From a bacterium (lineage in GTDB: Bacteria > SM23-31), in the NCBI GenBank assembly GCA_965249485.1, contig OZ252239.1, positions 384,001 to 448,000 on the forward strand: a DNA stretch of 64,000 nucleotides, given 5' to 3'. Below are positions 41,834-52,358 of the stretch, piece by piece (position 1 is the first letter of the stretch; the number at the start of each line of letters is the position of its first letter). The notes below the pieces were generated by a model, which saw only the letters and a program-made list of their open reading frames with translations, ran no database searches and was not told where the DNA came from. The position numbers and the translations under genes were made by a program.

Positions 41834-42265
41834 TTGAATCCCACTATTGCACAACTAACTATCGAGGATATTAAAGAAAGGCATGTTTTCTCTTTTCAGG
41901 AGATAATTAATCAGCACAGTGTCAATTCTTTCGTAGAGTGTTCAGGAGATAACAGTACAATTCATGTTGATTCAGAGTTTGCACAGAAAAGAGGATTTCA
42001 AGATAGAGTCGTTCACGGCGTCTTTTTGGCATCTTATTTTTCACGATTAATTGGCGTATTGTATCCCGGTGAAAACAGTATATTGCAGACCCTCAACTTA
42101 AAATTTTTGGCACCTGCATACATAAATGATTTTGTCAAAGTTGCAGCAGAAGTTGATCAGATTTCAATGAGTACCAAATCAATTATGTTAAAACTTAGTA
42201 TAGAAAATGTAAACACTGAAGAATCTTTGGTTAAAGGAAAAGCTTTAGTCGGTTTTACTGGATAA
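41834..42265 (+). CDS. MaoC/PhaJ-like hotdog-fold (R)-specific dehydratase
   Basis: SGDNSTIHVD.EFA..GF..RVVHG hydratase-2 motif; LKFLAP.YIND.V. Confidence 0.88.
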   Translation: MNPTIAQLTIEDIKERHVFSFQEIINQHSVNSFVECSGDNSTIHVDSEFAQKRGFQDRVVHGVFLASYFSRLIGVLYPGENSILQTLNLKFLAPAYINDFVKVAAEVDQISMSTKSIMLKLSIENVNTEESLVKGKALVGFTG

Positions 42266-42399
42266 TATTATCCGGAATTGAAATGCAGTACAATCTAACT
42301 AATTTTGACTTTTAGCTATATTGTGCCGATATACATACTACAACGCTACTTTCTTGATAAGAAAGTACAAAATATACATTTCATCAACTAGGTAAAATA

Positions 42400-44043
42400 A
42401 TGTCAAATATAGATTTGATTATAATATCGCAGTCTGAGATTGTTAATTTTGAAAAATACTCAAGTCTGCCTGTTGACCGTATAGAGTTGTATAAGCAGCT
42501 CATATATCCGCGGATGCTCCATTACGGTGATGGGTTCAGGTCTCAGATGGATATGGTGAACTATTTTCAAGAGGGGACTTTTTATTCTGATGCTGATTAT
42601 GAACAAAGACGGCAGCTCTTAAATGTTTGGAACCTTCCGGGTTTTTCCGGTATGCATCTTGCCAATTATTTACTCAACTATGGAATAGAGACACGCTTAA
42701 TTAACTTTTTTGATTCCGAATGGGATTAGATCTGTGAAGCATATACGAATAGTGACCGTCCTCCATTAGTCGGAATATCGGGAACATTCTACCTTTCATA
42801 CTCCGAAGTCAGCCGGTTGTCCAAGCGTCTTAGAAAATTTGACCCCGATATGGAGATAGTCTTAGGCGGTGCATTTGCTAATGAAAGAATTATCACTACC
42901 GGTATGGAGGGTTTCGAAAAACCGATGCGCTCAAACAAGATCAATTATGTTTTGCACGGTTTTAATTCCGAAGCCGATTTAAGAGACCTGATATTAGCAA
43001 GAAAAAGTAATATGTCTCTTGATCAGGTAAAAAATTTAGCCTATATTGAGGATGGAAATTTTAAGGAAGGTGCATACAAACACACCTCAGTTCAATGGCA
43101 TAATCCAATATTAAACGGAGTGGATTTTAATTGGGATAAGCTGTATATGCCCTACATGAACCAGACTATTCAGATCCGTACTGCATCCGGATGTCCATTT
43201 ACGTGCTCATTTTGTTCTTATCCCGAAACAGCCGGCGGCAGTCAATTGATGGATCTTGACATGGTTGAGGAAAATATTAAGTCTGCTCTTCGTGTCCCTG
43301 GCGTGAATAAAATTATTTTTCTTGACGATACATTCAATGTTCCCAAACGGCGATTCAATGACATGCTTCGGATATTTTTGAAATATGATTTTGAATGGTT
43401 TTCATTTTTAAGAGTTCAATATGTTGATGATGAAATAGCGCGAATGATGCGGGACTCAGGATGTAAAGGCGTATATCTTGGAATGGAATCGTCAAACGAT
43501 ATAATCCTGAAGAATATGAACAAAAAAGCCACCCGAGAGAAATTTCTCAGGGGACAACAGTATCTGGCAAAATATAACATTGATAGTTTAGCTGCGTTTA
43601 TCATAGGATTTCCCGGTGAAACTGACGAGACTATTTTAGAGAATATCAAATTTATTGAAGATGAAGGAACACCGTTCTATACGTTAAAAGAGTTTTATTA
43701 TATGGAACATACACCGATCCATAAAGAGAGAGAAAAATTCGGCTTAACCGGTTCCGGCAGTGACTGGAAACATGATACAATGGACTACCAAACAGCCTAT
43801 GAGAAAAAAATTGAAATCTTCAGAAATATTAAAGGCAGTACGTTTATTGATCCTGATCTCAGCATGTGGTATGTTGCGTACCTCTATGACCAAAATTATT
43901 CTATAAATACTATCAAAGATTTTACTGACACACTCAATGATGTCATGCTTTATCAACTTGACAATAAAATCAATGACAAACATCCAGCTTTTGACAGACT
44001 GAAAAACATTTTAAAAACAGACGTTTATGAACATGTCGGATAA
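42400..44043 (+). pseudogene. B12-dependent radical SAM methyltransferase, PhpK-family-like, with one in-frame TAG
   Basis: ORFs 42400-42729 and 42817-44043 share a frame, and the linker reads ICEAY..PPLVGISGTFY. Motifs: B12-domain IVLGG, CPFTCSFCSYP, DDTFNVP, LGMES, IIGFPGET, TPI...EKFGLTG....WKHDTM. Confidence 0.75.
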
Positions 44044-45905
44044 GGATTGGACTGAGAGTGTCCGAAGCATTAAGGAGGCAATCAAAGCTGAACAATATCA
44101 GAAAGTATTTGTATCTTTGCAATCCATTTCCTCTTGTTCTGATGATTTTATAAAACAGGCGAAGTATTCATCGTTGTATTCTGCTATACCATTAGACGTC
44201 TTGGACCTCAAACCGTTACGTGTTGCAGTATTAGCAACAAGTACAGTCAGTCATTTCATCAACTCTCTTAAATTCTGGGTTGCACAAGAAGGATTTGCTG
44301 CTGAGATTTTTGAAACCGAATTTGATACCATTCATCAGACGATATTGAATCCCGAAAGTGAGTTGTATTCCTTCAATCCCGACCTCACCATATTATCTAC
44401 TAATTATCGTGATATTAAAATTAATAGTGAACCGGGAGCATCAGTAGATCGGATTAACGAGTGTGTTCAATCCGCTGTTGATGAATATGTATCCCTCTGG
44501 GAAGCGATAAAAAAACACTCAAGTAGTTACATTCTTCAGAATAATGCCGATCTGCCCGATATTCGTGTATTTGGCAATTATGATGGAAAATGTGAATTGG
44601 AGTCGGACTAATATGTTTCGGCTATTCAATCTTGAGTTAGCTCAAGCTGCTAATTCAGGTGTCACTATATTTGATCTCGATTATATTTCATCTTTTTTTG
44701 GTAAACATGAATGGCATGATAATCGATACTGGTACCATTCCAAACATGCTTTTTCATTAGATGCAACTGGATTGGTTGCGTTTGAATATGCGCGACTTAT
44801 CGGTGCTGTAAAAGGGGTATCGAAAAAATGTATTGTGCTCGATCTTGACAACACACTCTGGGGAGGTGTGATTGCTGATGATGGTATCGAAGGCATACTA
44901 CTCGGTGATACCGTTAACGGAGAAGCATTTGTTGATTTTCAAAAGTATCTGCTTGCGTTGAAAAACCGAGTAGTGATATTAACGGTTTGCAGTAAGAATG
45001 AAGAGAACAACGCCAAGAAGCCATTTTTGAAACATCCTGATATGGTGCTCAAACTTGACGATATCTCTGTCTTTATAGCAAATTGGAATGATAAAGCATC
45101 GAACATCAGAGAAATTGCCGAAATATTGAATATCGGTTTAGATTCACTTGTTTTTATCGATGACAATCCGGCTGAGCGTGCACTGGTCAATAGCTTTCTG
45201 CCAATGGTAGTTGCACCTGATTTACCTGAAGATCCAACTGAGTATATTCGGACTCTCGATACAGGACATTTTTTTGAGACTATTTCATTTTCCGATGAGG
45301 ATAGATCGCGGAGTGAATATTACCGGAACAATACGTCGAGAAAGACTCTTGAAAAGAAGTTTTCAAATTTATCGGATTTTTTAACAAACCTGAAGATGGT
45401 TGGCAGGGCTGGCAACTTTGACTCATTTAACCTTCCCCGAATTGTTCAGTTAATTAATAAAAGTAATCCATTTAATTTAACCACCATTCGCTATTCGGAG
45501 AATGATATCATTTCATTTATGAACGATAAAAATTATTTTGGTCGTTATTACTATTTAAATGATGTCTTTGGTGAAAACGGATTAATTTCTGTGGTGATTC
45601 TGGAAAAACAGCCGGATGATATTCTTTATATTGACACGTGGGTAATGAGCTGCCGTGTGTTATCGAGAGGTATGGAAGAATTTATCGCCGATGACATTAC
45701 TGCCATAGCTCAAGACTTAGGGTGTACAACCATTCGCGGTAAATATGTGCCAACGAAGAAAAATAATCTTGTAAAAGAATTATATAAGCGGTTGAATTAT
45801 AATCTCATATTGGAAAATGACGGCACGACTGAATGGGAATTGAATGTGGCTGACAACCAGCCATGCTACGACTTTTATATTGCTAAGGAAGAAATCAACT
45901 CGTAA
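44027..45905 (+). pseudogene. FkbH-like HAD-IIIC glyceryl-ACP synthase, frameshifted
   Basis: DLDNTLWGG, CSKN, ANWNDKA, FIDDNPAER, MSCRVLSRG. The N-terminal part (44027-44611) joins the C-terminal part if one A is removed from GGAAAAT (~44587-44590). Confidence 0.85.
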
Positions 45906-45921
45906 TGATAAGGTGAGAAAC

Positions 45922-46170
45922 GTGAACTCGAGAGAAGAGAAGAAAAGCAGATTGAATGAAATTTTTCAGGAAGTCTTTGATGACGATGAAATTGAAATTT
46001 TCGAAGATATGACCGCGGAGGACATTGACGAGTGGGATTCATTGAATCATATTGTACTAATCGTTGCGATTGAAAAGCAGTTTGGTCTCAAACTTAATGC
46101 AGCAGAAGTAGGTAATCTTAAAAATGTCGGTGAGTTTTTGACCCTTCTTGATGAAAGAGCAACTTTATAA
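45922..46170 (+). CDS. acyl carrier protein
   Basis: Acidic; WDSL phosphopantetheine site; IEKQFG; GTG start after an AAGGTGAG RBS. Confidence 0.9.
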   Translation: MNSREEKKSRLNEIFQEVFDDDEIEIFEDMTAEDIDEWDSLNHIVLIVAIEKQFGLKLNAAEVGNLKNVGEFLTLLDERATL

Positions 46171-46191
46171 CTTAGCTGATACCTAATATAC

Positions 46192-47778
46192 ATGAACTTT
46201 ATCTCATTCCAATTTTTTCTATTTATTCTTGTTTCACTCTTTATTTTTCATGCACTTCACAAGAAAATAAACTCAAGATTTATATTTTTATCCATCAATA
46301 TTACATTTATTTATTATCACCTTGACTCTTTATGGAGTTTTCTTCCCTTTCTGGCTTTTTTTCTTGTCTGCTTTACATGTGTTAAGGTACTTGAGCATCT
46401 ACCGACACGAATTTCACTGGTATCAAGTCTTATATGTATCCTTGCACTCTTTTTATATCTAAAAAGATATTCAATAATATCATTCCTACCACTCATTGAA
46501 CGATCTTATTTGATTGTCGGACTCTCATATGTTCTTTTTCGTGTACTGCATCTATTGATTGACATATACGGCCGCGCGATTAAGGAGAAGATTTCTTTTT
46601 CGGCATTTACCAACTACACACTATTTTTTCTATCGTATATCTCAGGGCCTATTCAGCGATATGAAGATTTCACTTCTCAATTAGAAGGTATAAGTAAGAA
46701 GACACTATCGCATGATGATGTTTATCAAAGCTTTTCCAGATTGCTTTCCGGTTATATTAAGATCGGTATCATTTCTGTGTTAATGGAATCGATTTTTTCC
46801 TATTTCAGAGTAGGTATTGAAGTGGGTAATTTTTCGCTCATAAGTATTTCCTCTTATATGTGTGCTACATTCTTCTACACAATGTATCTCTATTATAATT
46901 TTGCAGGCTATATGGATATTGTGATAGGAATAGGGCAACTAATTGGAATTAACCTTCCGGAAAATTTTAATAAACCTTTTGGTGCAACGAATTTTCTGGA
47001 ATTCTGGTCAAGGTGGCATATCACACTTTCTGAGTGGTTTAAATTTTATTTGTTTAATCCCATTGTTAAAGCGCTTACTTCACGATGGACATACCCAGAA
47101 CTTTTCCCCTATTATGGAGTTTTTGCATATTTTATCACTTTTTTTATTATGGGTATCTGGCACGGTTCGACCTATTCTTTTCTGGTTTTTGGACTGTTTT
47201 TAGGCTTTGGTGTGAGCATCAATAAATTATATGATGTTGAGATTAGAAGAAAACTAGGAAAAAAGAAATACAACTCACTGAATAGCAGTACATTGTATCT
47301 CCGTATTACATCAGGGCTCACCGTGAGCTATTTTTGTATCAGTCTGACGTGCTTGTGGATGGGTGCGCTTGATACTTTATGGCTTTTTGTTTTTCTCGGA
47401 GGTCCGGTATTCTTTGTACTTGCATTTTTAGTAACAGTAAGCAAATATTTTTCTCATTTTATAAAAACAAAATTGAATCAGGTATCCGGAATTTTCTCGT
47501 TTACGAAGGATAAATTCTTGTGGAGGCAAAGGATTCTAACATTGAAGCACATTATCAAACAACTTTGTTATCTTGCTATTTTTACGTCATTGACCTATTT
47601 GATATTGTTGGGAACATCTTATATATTTTACCCTCCACTGCCTCAGAACATGCCAATGGACACGCTTAATTCAAAAGAAACAATTTGGAGTATTGATAGA
47701 CGGTATGTTCTTTTTAATCCTCTAGATGTTCAGTCAGATTCAAAAAACAACTTGTATTTTTTGGATCATCAAATGTAA
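46192..47778 (+). CDS. MBOAT family O-acyltransferase (AlgI/DltB-like)
   Basis: GPIQRY, NFAGYMDI, PENFNKPF, FWSRWHITLS.WF, GIWHG (catalytic His); unusual C-terminal extension. Confidence 0.9.
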   Translation: MNFISFQFFLFILVSLFIFHALHKKINSRFIFLSINITFIYYHLDSLWSFLPFLAFFLVCFTCVKVLEHLPTRISLVSSLICILALFLYLKRYSIISFLPLIERSYLIVGLSYVLFRVLHLLIDIYGRAIKEKISFSAFTNYTLFFLSYISGPIQRYEDFTSQLEGISKKTLSHDDVYQSFSRLLSGYIKIGIISVLMESIFSYFRVGIEVGNFSLISISSYMCATFFYTMYLYYNFAGYMDIVIGIGQLIGINLPENFNKPFGATNFLEFWSRWHITLSEWFKFYLFNPIVKALTSRWTYPELFPYYGVFAYFITFFIMGIWHGSTYSFLVFGLFLGFGVSINKLYDVEIRRKLGKKKYNSLNSSTLYLRITSGLTVSYFCISLTCLWMGALDTLWLFVFLGGPVFFVLAFLVTVSKYFSHFIKTKLNQVSGIFSFTKDKFLWRQRILTLKHIIKQLCYLAIFTSLTYLILLGTSYIFYPPLPQNMPMDTLNSKETIWSIDRRYVLFNPLDVQSDSKNNLYFLDHQM

Positions 47779-48602
47779 AAGAGGGTTTCCGCCCATATGA
47801 CATTGAAGCTTTACTGCCTGACTATACTGTCCATAATATTGCATTTGGAGGGTGTTCAATAGTAGAAATGAGAGAACTCGCAGAGTTTATCGTTGATAAT
47901 TCTATCAATAACTCATTAGATAATACTATTTTTGTATTGGGTTTATATTACGGTTGTTTTCCGACGAGTTCACCACAAACACACTCAGTCTTTACCGATG
48001 AGAAATTGCGATATCGTTTGTATTCTAATCACAACGGAACCATCCAACCTTCATTTAGTAAAACATTTTTTCCTTTGGTTTCTACTCTTTTACGTCCTTT
48101 TATTTTCATTTCAAATCCGGTAAGGCTTTTGAATCTGGGGATCAATCAATCACGCACAGTTTATGAAACATTTTTCCGGGACTTCCATTTTGATTTAACA
48201 CCGTTGCAAAGAGTATTATTTCCTGAAAGTATTGATCCTATTGTAACACAAAAAGAAGCGCTTGATTATTACAAATTGCGCTTGCAACAACAGAAGGACG
48301 CTATACCGATAACATATTTTGAAGAGCTCTTGTCCACTTATCATATTTTGCACGGAGCAGGCGCACAGGTAATTATTGTTGAAGTCCCTCTACCATCATG
48401 GCATCAGGATGCATCAAGGCAATTCAAAGGGTATGAATTACAGAAAAAGTCTTATTATGATCAATTAAAAACATTTGGTACTCCTATATTTGATCTAAAA
48501 AATGATATGTCTGATTTACTATTTTTGGATGCAACACATCCCTTACCACAATATGCAAAGAAGTGGAGTGAACTACTGGCAAATTACTTGAATGAAAATT
48601 AA
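47746..48602 (+). pseudogene. SGNH-like (DltD/AlgJ-type) acyl-transfer domain, frameshifted from the MBOAT ORF tail
   Basis: Upstream of ATG 47868 the same frame reads KQLVFFGSSNVKEGF...HNIAFGG (block I GSS); C-terminal FLDATH (DxxH); junction at the A6 run ~47742-47747. Confidence 0.65.
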
Positions 48603-48791
48603 TATTTTATTATAAACTCCTGATATATTTACTCGGTGGGAATTGAAGAATTTATTCAGAAACCGTTCGGAATATAAAAGTTGCCCAATTCGAAAAGCGA
48701 AGTATTAAAGAAGTGAATTAAAGATTCATTGAGTTTTCAGCAAGTATCTCTTTCGCATTAAAAATGATCTCATAGAGATCGTGAAACTAAT

Positions 48792-49691
48792 TCACTTTTT
48801 TTGTCCTAATGCTATGAGTGAGCCGCCAACAGGCAAACCGAAATTAACAATTATTTTTCTTTCGATTGCCGCCAAGGCTTGAAATACAAAATTTGCGACC
48901 GGATTTATTGTGTTATTGAAATGAATTACTTCGTGTGCATCAGTTGAGAGATTATTTTTTCTCATATTCTCAAAAAGTTTCTGGACAAGAAGAAAAGGCA
49001 CGGTATAAGCGTTATAATAGGTAATCTTCAGAGGGGTATAGCCGGATTTCTCTAAACACAGTTTCAGCTGGTTTTTTGTATATCTCCTTTTGTGTCGCAA
49101 TACATTGTCTAAATTTCGACGGAGTATTTCGAATGCGGGAACCGTTACAAGAACATATCCATCGGATTTTAGTGATCTGTGAACTTCCTTTAAAACTTTC
49201 ACATCATCTTCGATATGTTCAATGATATCAAGAAGGGCCACAATACCAAAACGATCCTGAAACGGTAGCGCAAGAGCATTTACCCGATAAAGTGGTATAT
49301 CAAGATATTCGGAAACTATTTGAAGACTCTCAGGGAAAAGATCTCCGCCTCCCTGAACATATACTCCCTTTTTTTGCAGAAAATGCAAAAAGTATCCACA
49401 GCCACATCCTAATTCAAAAAATCCTTTTGAACTATAGTCAGGTATGTTTTTTTTGAGAAAAGAGTAAAGTAATAACCGTTTTGTTTTATGCCAAAAATGT
49501 TTCTTTTCAATGGAAATCAGATCTTTAAAATATGCACCTGTAAAATGATTATCTTTAAAAGAATCATCTTCTACAAATGAAGGGATTCCATCTATTACAG
49601 GATATTTCCTTAAGCATTGCGCACAGGAAAAAGCTTCCTGTTCATGAGTAAGTGCAATAGTGCAGTATGGGCAATAAAGATCTTCTGTCAT
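48792..49691 (-). CDS. class I SAM methyltransferase with a Trm112-like Zn ribbon
   Basis: CPYC...CAQC..YPVIDGIP; ELGCGCG; LDIIEHIEDD; TVPA; HKRRY. Confidence 0.85.
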   Translation of the reverse strand: MTEDLYCPYCTIALTHEQEAFSCAQCLRKYPVIDGIPSFVEDDSFKDNHFTGAYFKDLISIEKKHFWHKTKRLLLYSFLKKNIPDYSSKGFFELGCGCGYFLHFLQKKGVYVQGGGDLFPESLQIVSEYLDIPLYRVNALALPFQDRFGIVALLDIIEHIEDDVKVLKEVHRSLKSDGYVLVTVPAFEILRRNLDNVLRHKRRYTKNQLKLCLEKSGYTPLKITYYNAYTVPFLLVQKLFENMRKNNLSTDAHEVIHFNNTINPVANFVFQALAAIERKIIVNFGLPVGGSLIALGQKK

Positions 49692-49712
49692 ATTTATATC
49701 TAAACTGCTGTT

Positions 49713-51113
49713 TTAGATCTTCTGTTTTATAAATCGGGTTATAATCCCTTTTATACCCGAATTGAAAATCTCATCAAGGCATTGAATAAAGTAATCAACA
49801 TGTTCTTTTTGCAGTATTAACGGTGGAAGCAACCGCATAACGTTTCGATTGTATTCTGTGAAAGCAACAAGAACATTATATTTATTCAATAAAATACTCC
49901 CAACAAATCCGGTAATACTTCCTTTGAGCCGATCATCAAATTTTGATATCATTGCACGGAGCGGTGCAATGAGCGTGTCGCTGAGATCATGGTATTCCAG
50001 GCCAATCATTAAACCACGGCCACGAACATCTTTTATGATTTTTGGATATTTCGTTTTAAGATCGCTTAACTGCTCTAAGAAGTAAGCTCCAACTGTTTGA
50101 GCATTCTCAAGTAAATCTTCATCATAGAGCACATTAATTGCTTCAATTGCAGTAACACAGGCTTCTCCCAGTCCGCCGAATGTTGATGATGAATGAATAA
50201 ATGCATCTTTTGGTGAACCGTATGCTTTAACAAACACCGGAGATCTAGTAATAAATGTTGCCATAGCTGTTTTGCTCCCACCAAGGGATTTAGCAATTGC
50301 AACGATATCCGGTATGACATCATCATATTCAAATGCAAATATTTTTCCAGTCCTACCAAAGCCACATTGAATTTCATCAAGAACGAGAAGCGCTTCATGT
50401 TTGTCACACAACTCACGCACACGCTTCAGATATCCTTGTGGAGATACAACAATACCCGCACCACCCTGGATGGGTTCCAATACAACGCCTCCAATATCAG
50501 ACCGTTCAGTCAATATTTTTTCAATAGCATCCGCATCGCCGAACGGAACTGTCACACTTCCATCAAGTAAGTGAAAAGAACTACGTAAAAAATCCGAATC
50601 GGTTATCGATAAGGATCCTCTTGTTTTTCCATGAAATGAATTATTAGCATAAATAAATTTGTTTTTCGATGGACCCTGGTATTTTTCAACCATTTTCAAG
50701 GCCCCTTCCATTGCCTCAGAGCCTGAATTGCAGAGTAGTGAATAATTGAGATCCCCCGGGCAAATTGCAGCCAGGTTTTTTGAGAGAGCAGCGACATATT
50801 GCGAGTAGAAACCCATCCCGATTTCATGACGCTCTTCCGCCTGAAATTTACTTCGAATATCTAGAATTCGAGGATGGTTATGGCCAAGACCAACCGAACC
50901 AAATCCACCCATTAGGTCAAGAATCTTGTCCCCATTTTGGTCATAATAGTATACACCTGATGCTCGGAATATAATTCTTTTGTTAAATCCCAGTAACTTA
51001 AAGTATTTTACCTGACCGGGATTAATATTTTCAATGTAAATTTTTTCAATTTCTTTTTCATTGAGCTGGCTGATGTCTTGAACACTTAATAATTGTGGTT
51101 TAGTAGTACTCAT
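49713..51113 (-). CDS. class III PLP aminotransferase (putrescine aminotransferase/HpnO-like)
   Basis: GHNHP, NSGSEA.E.ALK, FHGKT, EPIQG, DEIQCGFGRTG, AKSLGG, HSSTFGG, RGRGLMIG. Confidence 0.85.
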   Translation of the reverse strand: MSTTKPQLLSVQDISQLNEKEIEKIYIENINPGQVKYFKLLGFNKRIIFRASGVYYYDQNGDKILDLMGGFGSVGLGHNHPRILDIRSKFQAEERHEIGMGFYSQYVAALSKNLAAICPGDLNYSLLCNSGSEAMEGALKMVEKYQGPSKNKFIYANNSFHGKTRGSLSITDSDFLRSSFHLLDGSVTVPFGDADAIEKILTERSDIGGVVLEPIQGGAGIVVSPQGYLKRVRELCDKHEALLVLDEIQCGFGRTGKIFAFEYDDVIPDIVAIAKSLGGSKTAMATFITRSPVFVKAYGSPKDAFIHSSSTFGGLGEACVTAIEAINVLYDEDLLENAQTVGAYFLEQLSDLKTKYPKIIKDVRGRGLMIGLEYHDLSDTLIAPLRAMISKFDDRLKGSITGFVGSILLNKYNVLVAFTEYNRNVMRLLPPLILQKEHVDYFIQCLDEIFNSGIKGIITRFIKQKI

Positions 51114-51320
51114 TTGATTTTTCTCCTTCCATTATCAGAATATTCAGCATGAGGAAATTTCTACTCTTATGATAATGTGAATGGATATTTTAACAAAATC
51201 TTAAATTAATTCCTAAGAAAAATTTTTATACTCGAAGAAAACACTTGCTCTATCAATGATATATAGGTAAGTTTTTGATTTTATTGACAATCTTTCTCTT
51301 TTGGCGAAGGCGACACTACA

Positions 51321-52322
51321 ATGACAAAGATAGCTATTGCTGGCGTGAGCGGATTTCTCGGCAGTCATATCGCAGAGAAATTAGCTTCTCACAATTTACA
51401 TACTGTTATTGGGTTGGTTCGAGCATCAAGCAAAAAAGACAATATTACAAGCAAAAATATTGAATTTCGGACCGTCGACTATTCACCGCAAAGTTCTCTC
51501 AAGGACCAGCTTGATGACATCGACATTATTATCAATTGCATAGCAATGCTTGGTGATTACGATCATATTCCAAAATCCCAACATTATGCTGTTGATACTG
51601 GTACTTTAGAGACACTCCTTACGAATGTGAATAAACAGACGTTGCAGCAGTTTATCCATATATCAACAACAGGGATTTATGGAGGTAAAAGTACCGATAA
51701 TCCCGTAAAAGAAGATGCACCGTTTGGTAAAAATGTTTCAAAATATGAATGGGGTAAAATTGAAGCAGAAAAAGTCGTCAGAAAGTATCGAATTGAACAT
51801 AATCTGCCCATAACTGTTGCAAGGCCGGGACCCGTTTTCGGCCCGAGAATGATTTATGGCTGGCCAAACTTAGTGAAGCGGCTCAAATCCGGCACATTCC
51901 GCATGATAGGCAAGGGAGATTCATGTTTCCATGTAACGTATGTTGATGATATTGTCAACGGTATAATTCAAATGATTGGAAATGAAAAAACATTTGATGA
52001 GGATTTTAATGTCTGTGGTAATGAAATTCCAACAATCAAAAAGTACTTTTCTCAAATAAGCAGTGAGCTCAATGGCCCTATTATAAAGAGTATACCTTAT
52101 TTACCTATATTGACTCTATCTCATATATTACAATTGGTTCCAAAGGCATTAAAACCCGGTGATATCAGCCTTTTATCTCCAGGGAGAGTCCGTTTTTTTG
52201 GTGAACACAGAATATTTGACAACTCTAAGCTCAAATCTTTTACTGGATTCCAACCGAAAATCAAACTTGAAGATGGGATAAAACAGACAATATCGTGGTA
52301 CCGGGAAAATGGTTATTTGTAA
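51321..52322 (+). CDS. NAD-dependent epimerase/dehydratase (extended SDR)
   Basis: GVSGFLG, ISTTGIYG, YEWGK (YxxxK), RPGPVFGP. Confidence 0.88.
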   Translation: MTKIAIAGVSGFLGSHIAEKLASHNLHTVIGLVRASSKKDNITSKNIEFRTVDYSPQSSLKDQLDDIDIIINCIAMLGDYDHIPKSQHYAVDTGTLETLLTNVNKQTLQQFIHISTTGIYGGKSTDNPVKEDAPFGKNVSKYEWGKIEAEKVVRKYRIEHNLPITVARPGPVFGPRMIYGWPNLVKRLKSGTFRMIGKGDSCFHVTYVDDIVNGIIQMIGNEKTFDEDFNVCGNEIPTIKKYFSQISSELNGPIIKSIPYLPILTLSHILQLVPKALKPGDISLLSPGRVRFFGEHRIFDNSKLKSFTGFQPKIKLEDGIKQTISWYRENGYL

Positions 52323-52358
52323 ATCTCAAACAATGTAATAGTAACATTGTGTTTTTTG

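Noticed and set aside
42400..44043. Phosphonate/phosphinothricin biosynthetic cluster
   Set aside because: No PEP mutase, phosphonopyruvate decarboxylase or NRPS was seen; the context points to ACP/MBOAT chemistry.
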